The notes beneath the pieces are model-generated. The model saw nothing but the letters and a program-made list of their open reading frames with translations. It did no database searches and was not told the origin of the DNA. A DNA stretch of 40,579 nt from Verrucomicrobiota bacterium (GTDB lineage: Bacteria; Verrucomicrobiota; Verrucomicrobiia; Limisphaerales; UBA9464): contig JANNAJ010000346.1 of NCBI GenBank assembly GCA_031384285.1, positions 1-40,579 on the forward strand. Direction: 5' to 3'. Shown piece by piece: positions 1-7,454 of this stretch. A program made the position numbers and the translations under genes. Positions within the stretch are counted from its first letter, which is position 1. Each line of letters opens with the position of its first letter.

Positions 1-594
1 CGATGCGAACGCCGCGCGGATCTCCGCCATCTGCACCGCGCGCAACGCCTCCCATCCGGCACGTTCCTCCGGCAACAGCTCCGGCCCGAACACCGGCAAC
101 GCCACCACGGTCGAGGCCACGCCGATCAACACGTGCCGACCGAGCTCCAGCCGCCAGGTCGGGCGGATCCTGAGTTCCTCGCGACAGCGCGCCCAACTCG
201 CCAGCCGCGGTCCGCCGACCCCGCCGAAGAGGCTCTGCTTGCCGAGGTCATGGTCGCCGATGGTCGCGTGGACGCGGTCGCCATACGCCGCGCGCAGCTC
301 GCCGAGCGCCGACAGCGAGCTCTCCATCGCCGCGTCGTCGCTCACGCCGACGAAGGCCGAATCGACCGTGAAGTCACCGTTGGCCACGACCAGGTCCGGC
401 GAGGGGTTCTCGGCGATGATCCTTCCGAGGCGGTGGTTGTGGGCCAGCGGATCGCGCAGCCAGACGAAACGCCGGAAGGCGTTCGTCGCGATCTTCAGGC
501 CGGTCCCGCGGACGGCCCGCGCCTCATGGCCGCGCCGGGCTTGTTCGGCCGGACCGGCATGGTGGAGGTCGGAGACGACGAGGAGCTTCAGCAT
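1..594 (-). CDS. metallophosphoesterase (calcineurin-like), C-terminal part outside the window
   Basis: Own reverse-strand translation from ATG at 594-592 gives MLKLLVVSDLHHAGPAEQ...VVANGDFTVD...HATIGDHDLGK. The DxH, GD and G(D/N)HD metallophosphatase motifs appear in canonical order. It is missing from the ORF track because no stop lies inside the window. Confidence 0.75.
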   Translation of the reverse strand, partial: MLKLLVVSDLHHAGPAEQARRGHEARAVRGTGLKIATNAFRRFVWLRDPLAHNHRLGRIIAENPSPDLVVANGDFTVDSAFVGVSDDAAMESSLSALGELRAAYGDRVHATIGDHDLGKQSLFGGVGGPRLASWARCREELRIRPTWRLELGRHVLIGVASTVVALPVFGPELLPEERAGWEALRAVQMAEIRAAFAS

Positions 595-679
595 CGACCC
601 CTTCACCGTGGACGAAGCCCCGGCCGGCCGCGACAAAACTCCTCGCTTGGAGCACCGCTCCTCGGCTGGAATCCCCAGC

Positions 680-979
680 ATGAAAGCCCTCCCTCTCCTC
701 GTCCTATCGAGCTTCGCATCCGCGAACGTCGTCCGTGCCGCCGAGCCCGGCCCGACGTCCTGGCACGCGTCATCGCTCGGTGAAGCGATCGGCTTGGTCG
801 CTCTGTTCACGCTGGTCGGCGTGGCGCTCGCGGTCGCCGGCTACAAGCTCTTCGACGCCGCCACTCCCGGGGACCTGCACAAGGAGATCATCGAGAACCG
901 GAACGTCGCCGCCGCCATCGTCGGGGCGGCGATCATCGTCGGCGTCTGCATCATCGTGGCGGCGGCGATCGTCGGCTGA
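680..979 (+). CDS. DUF350-family small membrane protein (YjfL-like)
   Basis: In-frame ATG at 680 inside track ORF 239..979. MKALPLLVLSSFASA is followed by hydrophobic helices (GLVALFTLVGVALAVAG; AAAIVGAAIIVGVCIIVAAAIVG) and a short NRNVAAAIV motif typical of DUF350. The upstream part of the track ORF is Arg/Ser/Pro-rich junk. Confidence 0.75.
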   Translation: MKALPLLVLSSFASANVVRAAEPGPTSWHASSLGEAIGLVALFTLVGVALAVAGYKLFDAATPGDLHKEIIENRNVAAAIVGAAIIVGVCIIVAAAIVG

Positions 980-1046
980 CCCTTTGGAAAGACGCGCATC
1001 CGTTCCGAATGGCCCCCTCCCCGGCCGCTCCTAGCCTGCACGCCCT

Positions 1047-1574
1047 ATGAAACGCAGCCCGAATGTGAGGCTCGTCTTGTCCGGTGCCGTGGCTTCCGCG
1101 CTCTGGACGACCGGGTGCGGCCCCGGGCCGTCGGCGGTCCCCGAGCCGCCGGTCCTCTCCGCCGACCAGTCGTACACCAACAACCAGTACGTCCCGAGCG
1201 TCGGCTACTACCACGCGCCGTACGGCGGATGGTACGCCCGGCCGTACAACAGCTACCTGCCCGGGCGCGGCTATTTCCACGGCGGCGGTTGGTGGCCCGC
1301 GCCCCACGCCGCGCAGGTCATCGCGAGCATCCCCCGCGCCGAGGCGGTCGCGGCCGCGAACCTCAAGACCGGGCCGCTCCGGGCGAAAGCCAAAGCGGTC
1401 GAGACCGATCCCATCGGCTCCTCGGACAGCCGCCGGTCATGGACGACGGACGGTGATCCCGAAGGGCGCGGGCGGATGTCGGGGCCTTCCGAGACCTCCG
1501 GTCGCAGCGGAGGCACGCGATCGACGGTCTCGCGCGGCGGTTTCGGGGGCTCCGGATCCGGATCCGCATCCTGA
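1047..1574 (+). CDS. DUF1190-like lipoprotein (YjfM-like)
   Basis: Basic N-terminus plus lipobox (ALWTTGC), a Tyr/Gly/Pro-rich middle and a C-terminal SRGGFGGSGSG tail resembling E. coli YjfM. It sits between the DUF350 and GspS-like genes, as in yjfLMC. Confidence 0.65.
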   Translation: MKRSPNVRLVLSGAVASALWTTGCGPGPSAVPEPPVLSADQSYTNNQYVPSVGYYHAPYGGWYARPYNSYLPGRGYFHGGGWWPAPHAAQVIASIPRAEAVAAANLKTGPLRAKAKAVETDPIGSSDSRRSWTTDGDPEGRGRMSGPSETSGRSGGTRSTVSRGGFGGSGSGSAS

Positions 1575-1580
1575 CACGCC

Positions 1581-2708
1581 ATGCACCGTCGCTCCTGCAC
1601 GGCCCGGCCCGATTGGCGCGAACGCGTCGAGAAGATCGGCCTCACCTACCATTCCCACGAGGCGTCGCCGTACTGGGACGAGACCGCCTACTATGAACTG
1701 ACCGCTTCCGAGGTGGACACCGTCGAAGCCGCCACCGACACGCTCCACGCCCTCTGCATCGAGGCGGCCGGCGCGGTGATCGAACGCGATTGGTGGTCGA
1801 GGCTCGCCATCCCGCCCGCCGCGGTCCCTGCCATCCGTTCGTCGTGGGAACGCGACGATTTCAGCCTCTACGGTCGATTCGACCTCGCGTGGGACGGCCG
1901 GGGCGCTCCCAAGCTCCTCGAGTACAACGCCGACACCCCGACCTCCCTGCTCGAGGCCAGCGTCGCGCAGTGGTTCTGGCTGCAGGACAACTTCCGCGAC
2001 GCCGACCAGTTCAACTCCATCCATGAACGGCTGATCAAGGCATGGGCCTCCGCGCCGGACGGCCCCGTCCATTTCACCGCCGTGCGCGACAACCTCGAGG
2101 ACGCGCAGACGGTCCACTACCTGCGCGACACCTGCGCCCAAGCCGGCCGCGTCACCCAGGAGCTGCCGATCGAGGAGATCGGCTGGGACGCGCGCCGGCA
2201 GGTCTTCCTCGACCTTGAGAACCTGCCGGTCCGGAACCTCTTCAAGCTCTACCCGTGGGAATGGCTCTGGACCGAGCCGTTCGCGGTCCATCTCGCGGCG
2301 CGCCGGGCGAACTTCATCGAGCCGTGCTGGAAGATGCTGCTCAGCAACAAAGGCCTTCTGCCCGTGCTCTGGGAACTCTTCCCGGACCATCCGAACCTGC
2401 TGCCCGCCCACACCTCGCCCGAGCCGCTCGGCGGGAACTTCGCGCGCAAGCCGCTGCTCAGCCGCGAGGGCGCGAACGTGTCGCTCGTCGTCGGTGGACG
2501 CCCGCTCGCCGAGACCGGCGGCGGGTACGGCCAAGAAGGCTTCATCTACCAAGCGCTCGCGCCGAAGGCGGAGTTCAACGGCAACCATCCGGTGCTCGGA
2601 TCGTGGATCGTCGCCGGGGAAGCCGCGGGCCTCGGCATCCGCGAGGACACCCGGTGGATCACCGGGAACCTGAGCCGCTTCGTGCCGCATCTGTTCTGGC
2701 CGCGGTGA
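1581..2708 (+). CDS. glutathionylspermidine synthase-like ATP-grasp family protein (YjfC-like)
   Basis: 375-aa track ORF. PKLLEYNADTPTSLLEASVAQWFW and KPLLSREGANV are characteristic of the GspS synthetase-domain family. It starts 7 nt after the preceding gene. Confidence 0.85.
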   Translation: MHRRSCTARPDWRERVEKIGLTYHSHEASPYWDETAYYELTASEVDTVEAATDTLHALCIEAAGAVIERDWWSRLAIPPAAVPAIRSSWERDDFSLYGRFDLAWDGRGAPKLLEYNADTPTSLLEASVAQWFWLQDNFRDADQFNSIHERLIKAWASAPDGPVHFTAVRDNLEDAQTVHYLRDTCAQAGRVTQELPIEEIGWDARRQVFLDLENLPVRNLFKLYPWEWLWTEPFAVHLAARRANFIEPCWKMLLSNKGLLPVLWELFPDHPNLLPAHTSPEPLGGNFARKPLLSREGANVSLVVGGRPLAETGGGYGQEGFIYQALAPKAEFNGNHPVLGSWIVAGEAAGLGIREDTRWITGNLSRFVPHLFWPR

Positions 2709-2765
2709 CCGGTGTCCCGAGAAAGCCGGTTGAGCCCGGGCGGCGGGTCCCGGCATGTTCCGCCC

Positions 2766-3716
2766 ATGACCACGCCCGCCGTCAGCCGCCGCGATTTCCT
2801 CACGACCACCGGGCTCGCCACCGCGGGCGCGCTCGCCGGGTGCGCGACCGGCGACGGCCTCCCGGACGGGATCATCGACACGCACACGCACTTCTACGAC
2901 CCGACCCGGCCGCAAGGCGTGCCGTGGCCGTCCAAGGACGACCCGACGCTCTACCGTCCGGTGCTGCCCGCGGAGTACATCGCCATGGCGCGACCGCACG
3001 GCGTCACCGGCACCGTCGTGGTCGAGGCGAGCGCCTGGGTCGAGGACAACCAGTGGATCCTCGACATCGCCGAGCGCGAACCGTTCATCGTCGGCTTCGT
3101 CGGCCATCTCACCCCCGGCACGCCGGAGTTCGCCGGCCAGCTCGCGCGTTTCGCCAGGAACCCGCTCTACCGCGGCATCCGCATCGGCGGCGACCTCGTC
3201 CAACAGGCGTCGCGCGACGCGGGGACGCGGGACGACCTGCGGCGCCTCGCCGACCGCGGCCTCACGCTCGACGTGCTCGCCGGCCCCGACCAGATGCCCG
3301 CCGTGGCGACGCTCGCGGACACGCTGCGCTCCCTGACGATCGTCGTGGACCACGTCGGCAACGTCCCCGTCACGGCGGGGCCGCATCCGAAGGCCTGGGT
3401 CTCCGGCCTCGCCGCGTGCCACTACACGCCCAACGTGGTCATGAAGATCTCCGGCCTGGTCGAAGGATCCGGTCGCCGCGGCGGGAAGGCTCCGACCGAT
3501 CCGGGCTTCTACCGGCCCGTGCTGGATGTCGTCTGGAACATCTTCGGCGAAGACCGCCTGCTCTACGCGAGCAACTGGCCGGTGAGCGACCTCTTCGCAT
3601 CCTACGCCACGGTCCAGCGGATCACGCAGGACTACGTCTCAGGGAAAGGCCCGACGGCGGCGGCGAAGGTGTTCCGGAAGAACGCTCAGCGCGTCTACCG
3701 CTGCGTGAAGCGCTGA
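2766..3716 (+). CDS. amidohydrolase-2 (TIM-barrel metal-dependent hydrolase) family protein with Tat-type signal
   Basis: ATG at 2766 in frame in track ORF 2712..3716. MTTPAVSRRDFLTTTGLATAGALAGC is a twin-arginine signal that may also carry a lipobox. IIDTHTHFYDP and TIVVDHVGN are metal-ligand motifs of the Amidohydro_2 type. Confidence 0.8.
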   Translation: MTTPAVSRRDFLTTTGLATAGALAGCATGDGLPDGIIDTHTHFYDPTRPQGVPWPSKDDPTLYRPVLPAEYIAMARPHGVTGTVVVEASAWVEDNQWILDIAEREPFIVGFVGHLTPGTPEFAGQLARFARNPLYRGIRIGGDLVQQASRDAGTRDDLRRLADRGLTLDVLAGPDQMPAVATLADTLRSLTIVVDHVGNVPVTAGPHPKAWVSGLAACHYTPNVVMKISGLVEGSGRRGGKAPTDPGFYRPVLDVVWNIFGEDRLLYASNWPVSDLFASYATVQRITQDYVSGKGPTAAAKVFRKNAQRVYRCVKR

Positions 3717-3738
3717 GAGCCAACGCCCGTGGCGATGC

Positions 3739-4215
3739 TCAGACCGGCTTGACCGTCCAGCCGCCCCCCAGCAGCGGCACCGAGGCGCAAGCCGGACCGC
3801 CGTCCTTCGCGACCGCGTGGACGCGGGCTTCCAAGACACCGTCGGTCGTCGCGGCCCGCCCGATCTGCGCGGACGTCACATCGCGCAGGTGGACCTTGAT
3901 CCGCCGGAACATCTCGCGGTGCCCATATCTCTCGCTCGACCAGCTCAGGTAAAAGAACCGCTCACCCCGTTTGCCATGCACCGCGGTCCCGGCGAAATCC
4001 GGCGCCCCGTCGGGTCCTGCCTTCACCGCGACCTCCGTCGTCCAAGCGAGCGAGTCGGGACCTGCCGGAGTCCCCGCGACATGACCGTCCTTGGTCTGCA
4101 ACGTCACGCGGATGTCGTGGCGTCCGTCGCACCCCTCGAAGCGGTCCGACGGGAGGCCTTGGCACACGACGCGGAAGCGCGCGGCGGTCTTGGAAGCGGA
4201 GCGGGCGGAGGGCAT
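3739..4215 (-). CDS. conserved hypothetical protein (tentatively DUF5990-like)
   Basis: 158-aa track ORF with protein-like composition. FAGTAVHGKRGERFFYLSWS and RRIKVHL resemble small proteins I recall as DUF5990. The family name comes from memory only. Confidence 0.55.
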   Translation of the reverse strand: MPSARSASKTAARFRVVCQGLPSDRFEGCDGRHDIRVTLQTKDGHVAGTPAGPDSLAWTTEVAVKAGPDGAPDFAGTAVHGKRGERFFYLSWSSERYGHREMFRRIKVHLRDVTSAQIGRAATTDGVLEARVHAVAKDGGPACASVPLLGGGWTVKPV

Positions 4216-4313
4216 GGCTCAGAGGTCGACGGACTTCAGTCCACGAGGCCCAGCGGGTTGCTGCTGATGTTCATCGAAGGCGAGGAAATGCCGTTGGCCG
4301 GGCCGAGTGCGGG

Positions 4314-4583
4314 TCAAACTGGCTTGCCCGGCCACGCGCCGACCGCGCCTTTGCCCGGCGCTTTGGCGATCGGTTCGGTCGTCGGGTCGCTGAAGGCGAG
4401 AAGTACCGTCTCGGCCCGTCGCGCATCGCCGTCGGCGAGGTGCCTCATGGCGTCGCGGAAAGCCGGCAAGCGGAAATCGGCGTCGCCGGTACCGCGGTCC
4501 ACGCGGTCGAGGAACGCCGCGAGCTCGATGAGCTTGCACCGGGCATCCATGAAATAAAGGTCGAGCACTTGCTGGCGGGTCAT
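4314..4583 (-). CDS. hypothetical small protein (about 89 aa), divergent from copA
   Basis: Track ORF 4314..4631. The ATG at 4583 gives MTRQQVLDLYFMDARCKLIELAAFLDRVDR, a helical, protein-like sequence. An alternative GTG start lies at 4631. No recognisable family. Confidence 0.5.
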   Translation of the reverse strand: MTRQQVLDLYFMDARCKLIELAAFLDRVDRGTGDADFRLPAFRDAMRHLADGDARRAETVLLAFSDPTTEPIAKAPGKGAVGAWPGKPV

Positions 4584-4782
4584 AGGCGGGTGTGTGACGG
4601 CCGGAAGGTGGACCGCCTTCACGCGGGGCACAAGCGGGCGCGCGGGAGATCGGGGTGTCTTGTTCCCGCCCCCGACAACAGCCCATCAGATCCAATCGGA
4701 CCCACCCGAAGATCCATCGGCGGTCGGCTTTCGCCAGCAAACGATTTGCCCGCCTCCTCGCAGCGACCGACGCTGTCCGCCG

Positions 4783-7281
4783 ATGGCTACCGCTCCGATC
4801 CAGTTCCGCCCCCGGCCCACGCCGACGACGGTCGAACCCGCGGCGGTCGCTCCCACGGAGCTGGCCGTCGAAGGCATGGATTGCGGCAGCTGCGTCCAGC
4901 ATGTCGTGAAGGCTCTGCGCGAGGTCGAGGGCGTCGCGTCGGCGCAGGCGGAACTGACGAAAGCCCGGGCCACGGTCGTCTGGAAGACAGGGGCGGCACC
5001 CGACGCCGGAGCACTGGTCCGGTCGGTGAAGAGCGCCGGCTATGATGCGCGACCGGTCGCGCCGCCGGCCCCGGACGAATTCCTCGTCGAAGGGATGACC
5101 TGCGGCAACTGCGCGCAAGCCGTGCGGAAGGCGCTCAGCGGGATCCCCGGGGTCGCCAGCGCGCAGGTCGACCTCGCGAGCGGGAGCGCGAAGGTAGTCT
5201 GGTCGGACCCGTCCCGCGCGGATGCCGGAGCCGTCGTCGCCGCCGTGGCGAACGCCGGATATCGGGCCGCGAGCGTCTCCTCGGCCGCGACCGGCCCGGT
5301 TCCGCCGTCCTCGGCCGAGACCGCCTGGAAGCGCGCCGTGCTGCTCGGCGGACCGGTCACGGCCATGTTCATCATCGCGGAGTGGTTCCTCGGCCTGGGC
5401 ATGGACCGGACGTTCCATTGGATCGGGTTCGCGCTCGCCTTGCCGGTGCAGGTGGTGGTCGGCGCCGGGTTCTACCGCGGCGCGTGGCGGCAGCTGCGCG
5501 TGCGCCAAGCGAACATGGACACGCTCGTCGCGCTCGGATCCACCGCGGCGTTCGCGTTCAGCGTCTGGGGGGTGGCCACCGGGCAGCCCGGGCACCTGTA
5601 CTTCATGGAATCCGCTTCGATCCTCACGCTGGTCAGCGTCGGACATTGGGTCGAGGCGCGGATGAGCGCCAAGGCCGGCGCGTCGATGCGCTCGTTGCTC
5701 GATCTCGCGCCGAAGATGGCTCGGAAGCTCTCCGACGGCACCGAGACCGAGGTGCCCGTCGCCGATCTGCGGTCCGGCGACCTCATCGTGCTCAAGCCCG
5801 GCGACCGCGTGCCCGTCGATGCCGAGGTCGCGAGCGGCGCGTCGGCCGTGGACGAGGCGATGCTCACCGGTGAACCGTTGCCGGTCGACAAAACCGCCGG
5901 CGCGAAGCTGTTCGCCGGCACCATCAACCAGACCGGCCAGCTCGTGGGCCGCGTCACCGCCACCGGCGAGGCCACCGCGCTCGCCCATATCGTCGCCGCG
6001 GTGCGGCGCGCGCAGTCGAGCCGCGCGGACATCCAACGGCTCGCCGACCGCGTCAGCTCGGTCTTCGTGCCGGTGGTGCTGCTGGTCGCGGTGGCGGCGG
6101 CCGCGTGGTGGGGCCTGGCACCGGCTTCGGCCCGGGGCGTCCACGACGCCTTGGCGACGTTCCTCTGGCACGCACACGTCGACGGCTCGCCGCTCGCGAC
6201 GGCCGTGGGGATCGCGTGCGCGGTGCTCATCGTGGCGTGCCCGTGCGCGATGGGGCTCGCGACGCCGGCAGCGCTCATGGCGGGCGTCGACGCGGCGGCG
6301 CGGCACGGCATCTTGATCCGCGACGCGCAGGCGCTGGAGAAATCCGGCGACATCACGACGCTCGTCTTCGACAAGACCGGCACGCTGACCGAAGGGCGCC
6401 CGAAAGTCGTCGCCAGCGAGGATCTCCGGCCCGCTTCCGACCGCACCGTCCCGGTGGCCGAGATCGTCGCGTCGATGGCGCGGCGTTCGCAGCATCCGCT
6501 CAGCCGCGGCCTCGCGGCGCTCGCGCCCGGCGACCTGCCGGTCGAGGCCTGGCAGGAGGTGCGCGGCTCCGGTGTCTCGGCGCGGTGGTGGGGACGCGGT
6601 CTGCGGGTCGGGTCGGTGGCGTGGTTCCGCGACGAGGGCATCGACCTCGCGCCGGTCCGGTCGTTCCTCGACCATTGGCTGGCGGAGGGCGCGACCGTGG
6701 CCTTGCTGGTGGCCGACCGCGAGGTGTGGGGCGCCTTCGCGCTGCGCGACGAGCTGAAGCCGCGGGCCGCCGAGGTCGTGGCCCGGCTAGCGAGCGGCGG
6801 ACGCCGCATATTCCTGCTCACCGGCGACAACCGCCGGACCGCGGATGCCATCGCGCGCGAGGTCGGGATCGCCGCGGCGGACGTCTTCGCCGAGGTGCAT
6901 CCCGAGCAGAAGGCGGCGCACATCCGGCGGCTCCAGGACGAGGGCCGGCGGGTGGCCTTCATCGGCGACGGTCTGAACGATGGTCCGGCGCTCGCGCAGG
7001 CCGATCTCGGCATCGCGGTCTCCCGGGCGACCGACGTGGCGCGAGAAGCGGCGGACATCGTGCTTCTCCGCGCGGATCTCGCCGCGATCCCCGCCGCGCT
7101 CGACCTCGCGCAGGCGACGTTGCGGGTGATCCGCCAGAACTTGTTCTGGGCCTTCTTCTACAACGCGGCCGCGATCCCTCTCGCGGCACTCGGCTTCCTC
7201 AGCCCCGTCGTGTGCGCGCTGGCCATGGGCCTGAGCGATGTGGTGGTGATCGGGAACGCGCTGCGCTTGCGCCGGCGTTGA
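4783..7281 (+). CDS. copA: copper-translocating P1B-type ATPase with two N-terminal HMA domains
   Basis: ATG at 4783 in frame in track ORF 4594..7281. Two GMxCxxC metal-binding motifs (GMDCGSC, GMTCGNC), the transmembrane CPC motif (VACPCAMGLATP), DKTGTLT at the phosphorylation site, and GDGLNDGPAL. Confidence 0.95.
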   Translation: MATAPIQFRPRPTPTTVEPAAVAPTELAVEGMDCGSCVQHVVKALREVEGVASAQAELTKARATVVWKTGAAPDAGALVRSVKSAGYDARPVAPPAPDEFLVEGMTCGNCAQAVRKALSGIPGVASAQVDLASGSAKVVWSDPSRADAGAVVAAVANAGYRAASVSSAATGPVPPSSAETAWKRAVLLGGPVTAMFIIAEWFLGLGMDRTFHWIGFALALPVQVVVGAGFYRGAWRQLRVRQANMDTLVALGSTAAFAFSVWGVATGQPGHLYFMESASILTLVSVGHWVEARMSAKAGASMRSLLDLAPKMARKLSDGTETEVPVADLRSGDLIVLKPGDRVPVDAEVASGASAVDEAMLTGEPLPVDKTAGAKLFAGTINQTGQLVGRVTATGEATALAHIVAAVRRAQSSRADIQRLADRVSSVFVPVVLLVAVAAAAWWGLAPASARGVHDALATFLWHAHVDGSPLATAVGIACAVLIVACPCAMGLATPAALMAGVDAAARHGILIRDAQALEKSGDITTLVFDKTGTLTEGRPKVVASEDLRPASDRTVPVAEIVASMARRSQHPLSRGLAALAPGDLPVEAWQEVRGSGVSARWWGRGLRVGSVAWFRDEGIDLAPVRSFLDHWLAEGATVALLVADREVWGAFALRDELKPRAAEVVARLASGGRRIFLLTGDNRRTADAIAREVGIAAADVFAEVHPEQKAAHIRRLQDEGRRVAFIGDGLNDGPALAQADLGIAVSRATDVAREAADIVLLRADLAAIPAALDLAQATLRVIRQNLFWAFFYNAAAIPLAALGFLSPVVCALAMGLSDVVVIGNALRLRRR

Positions 7282-7454
7282 GGCAGGCGCCTTGCCAGGG
7301 CGGTGCCGTCACGGAAGCCGGGCCCACGATCCCGGTCATCCCCGGGGAACATCAGGGCTTCCCGACGTCGTCGCCCCTGCGAAGGTGAAAACCCTCCGAC
7401 GCACCGCCGATCACCGTCGCCCTCCGGGCCGTGCGGACTTGCTTCGCAGACCGT

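Noticed and set aside
1437-3422. 661-aa minus-strand ORF spanning the GspS-like and amidohydrolase genes
   Set aside because: It is antisense to two plus-strand genes with clear family motifs. The composition is Arg/Gly/Asp-rich and low complexity, and no domain is recognisable.
4219-6675. 818-aa minus-strand ORF, together with 5472..7058 (minus) and several plus-strand ORFs overlapping copA
   Set aside because: It is antisense or out of frame to a copA gene that has every P1B-ATPase motif. The translation is dominated by Arg, Pro, Gly and Ala, as expected from off-frame reading of GC-rich DNA.
7284-7298. Imperfect hairpin GGCAGGCGCCTTGCC right after the copA stop
   Set aside because: The stem is short with a bulge and has no U-tract. 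Similar GC-rich pseudo-hairpins are frequent here, so I did not call it a terminator.
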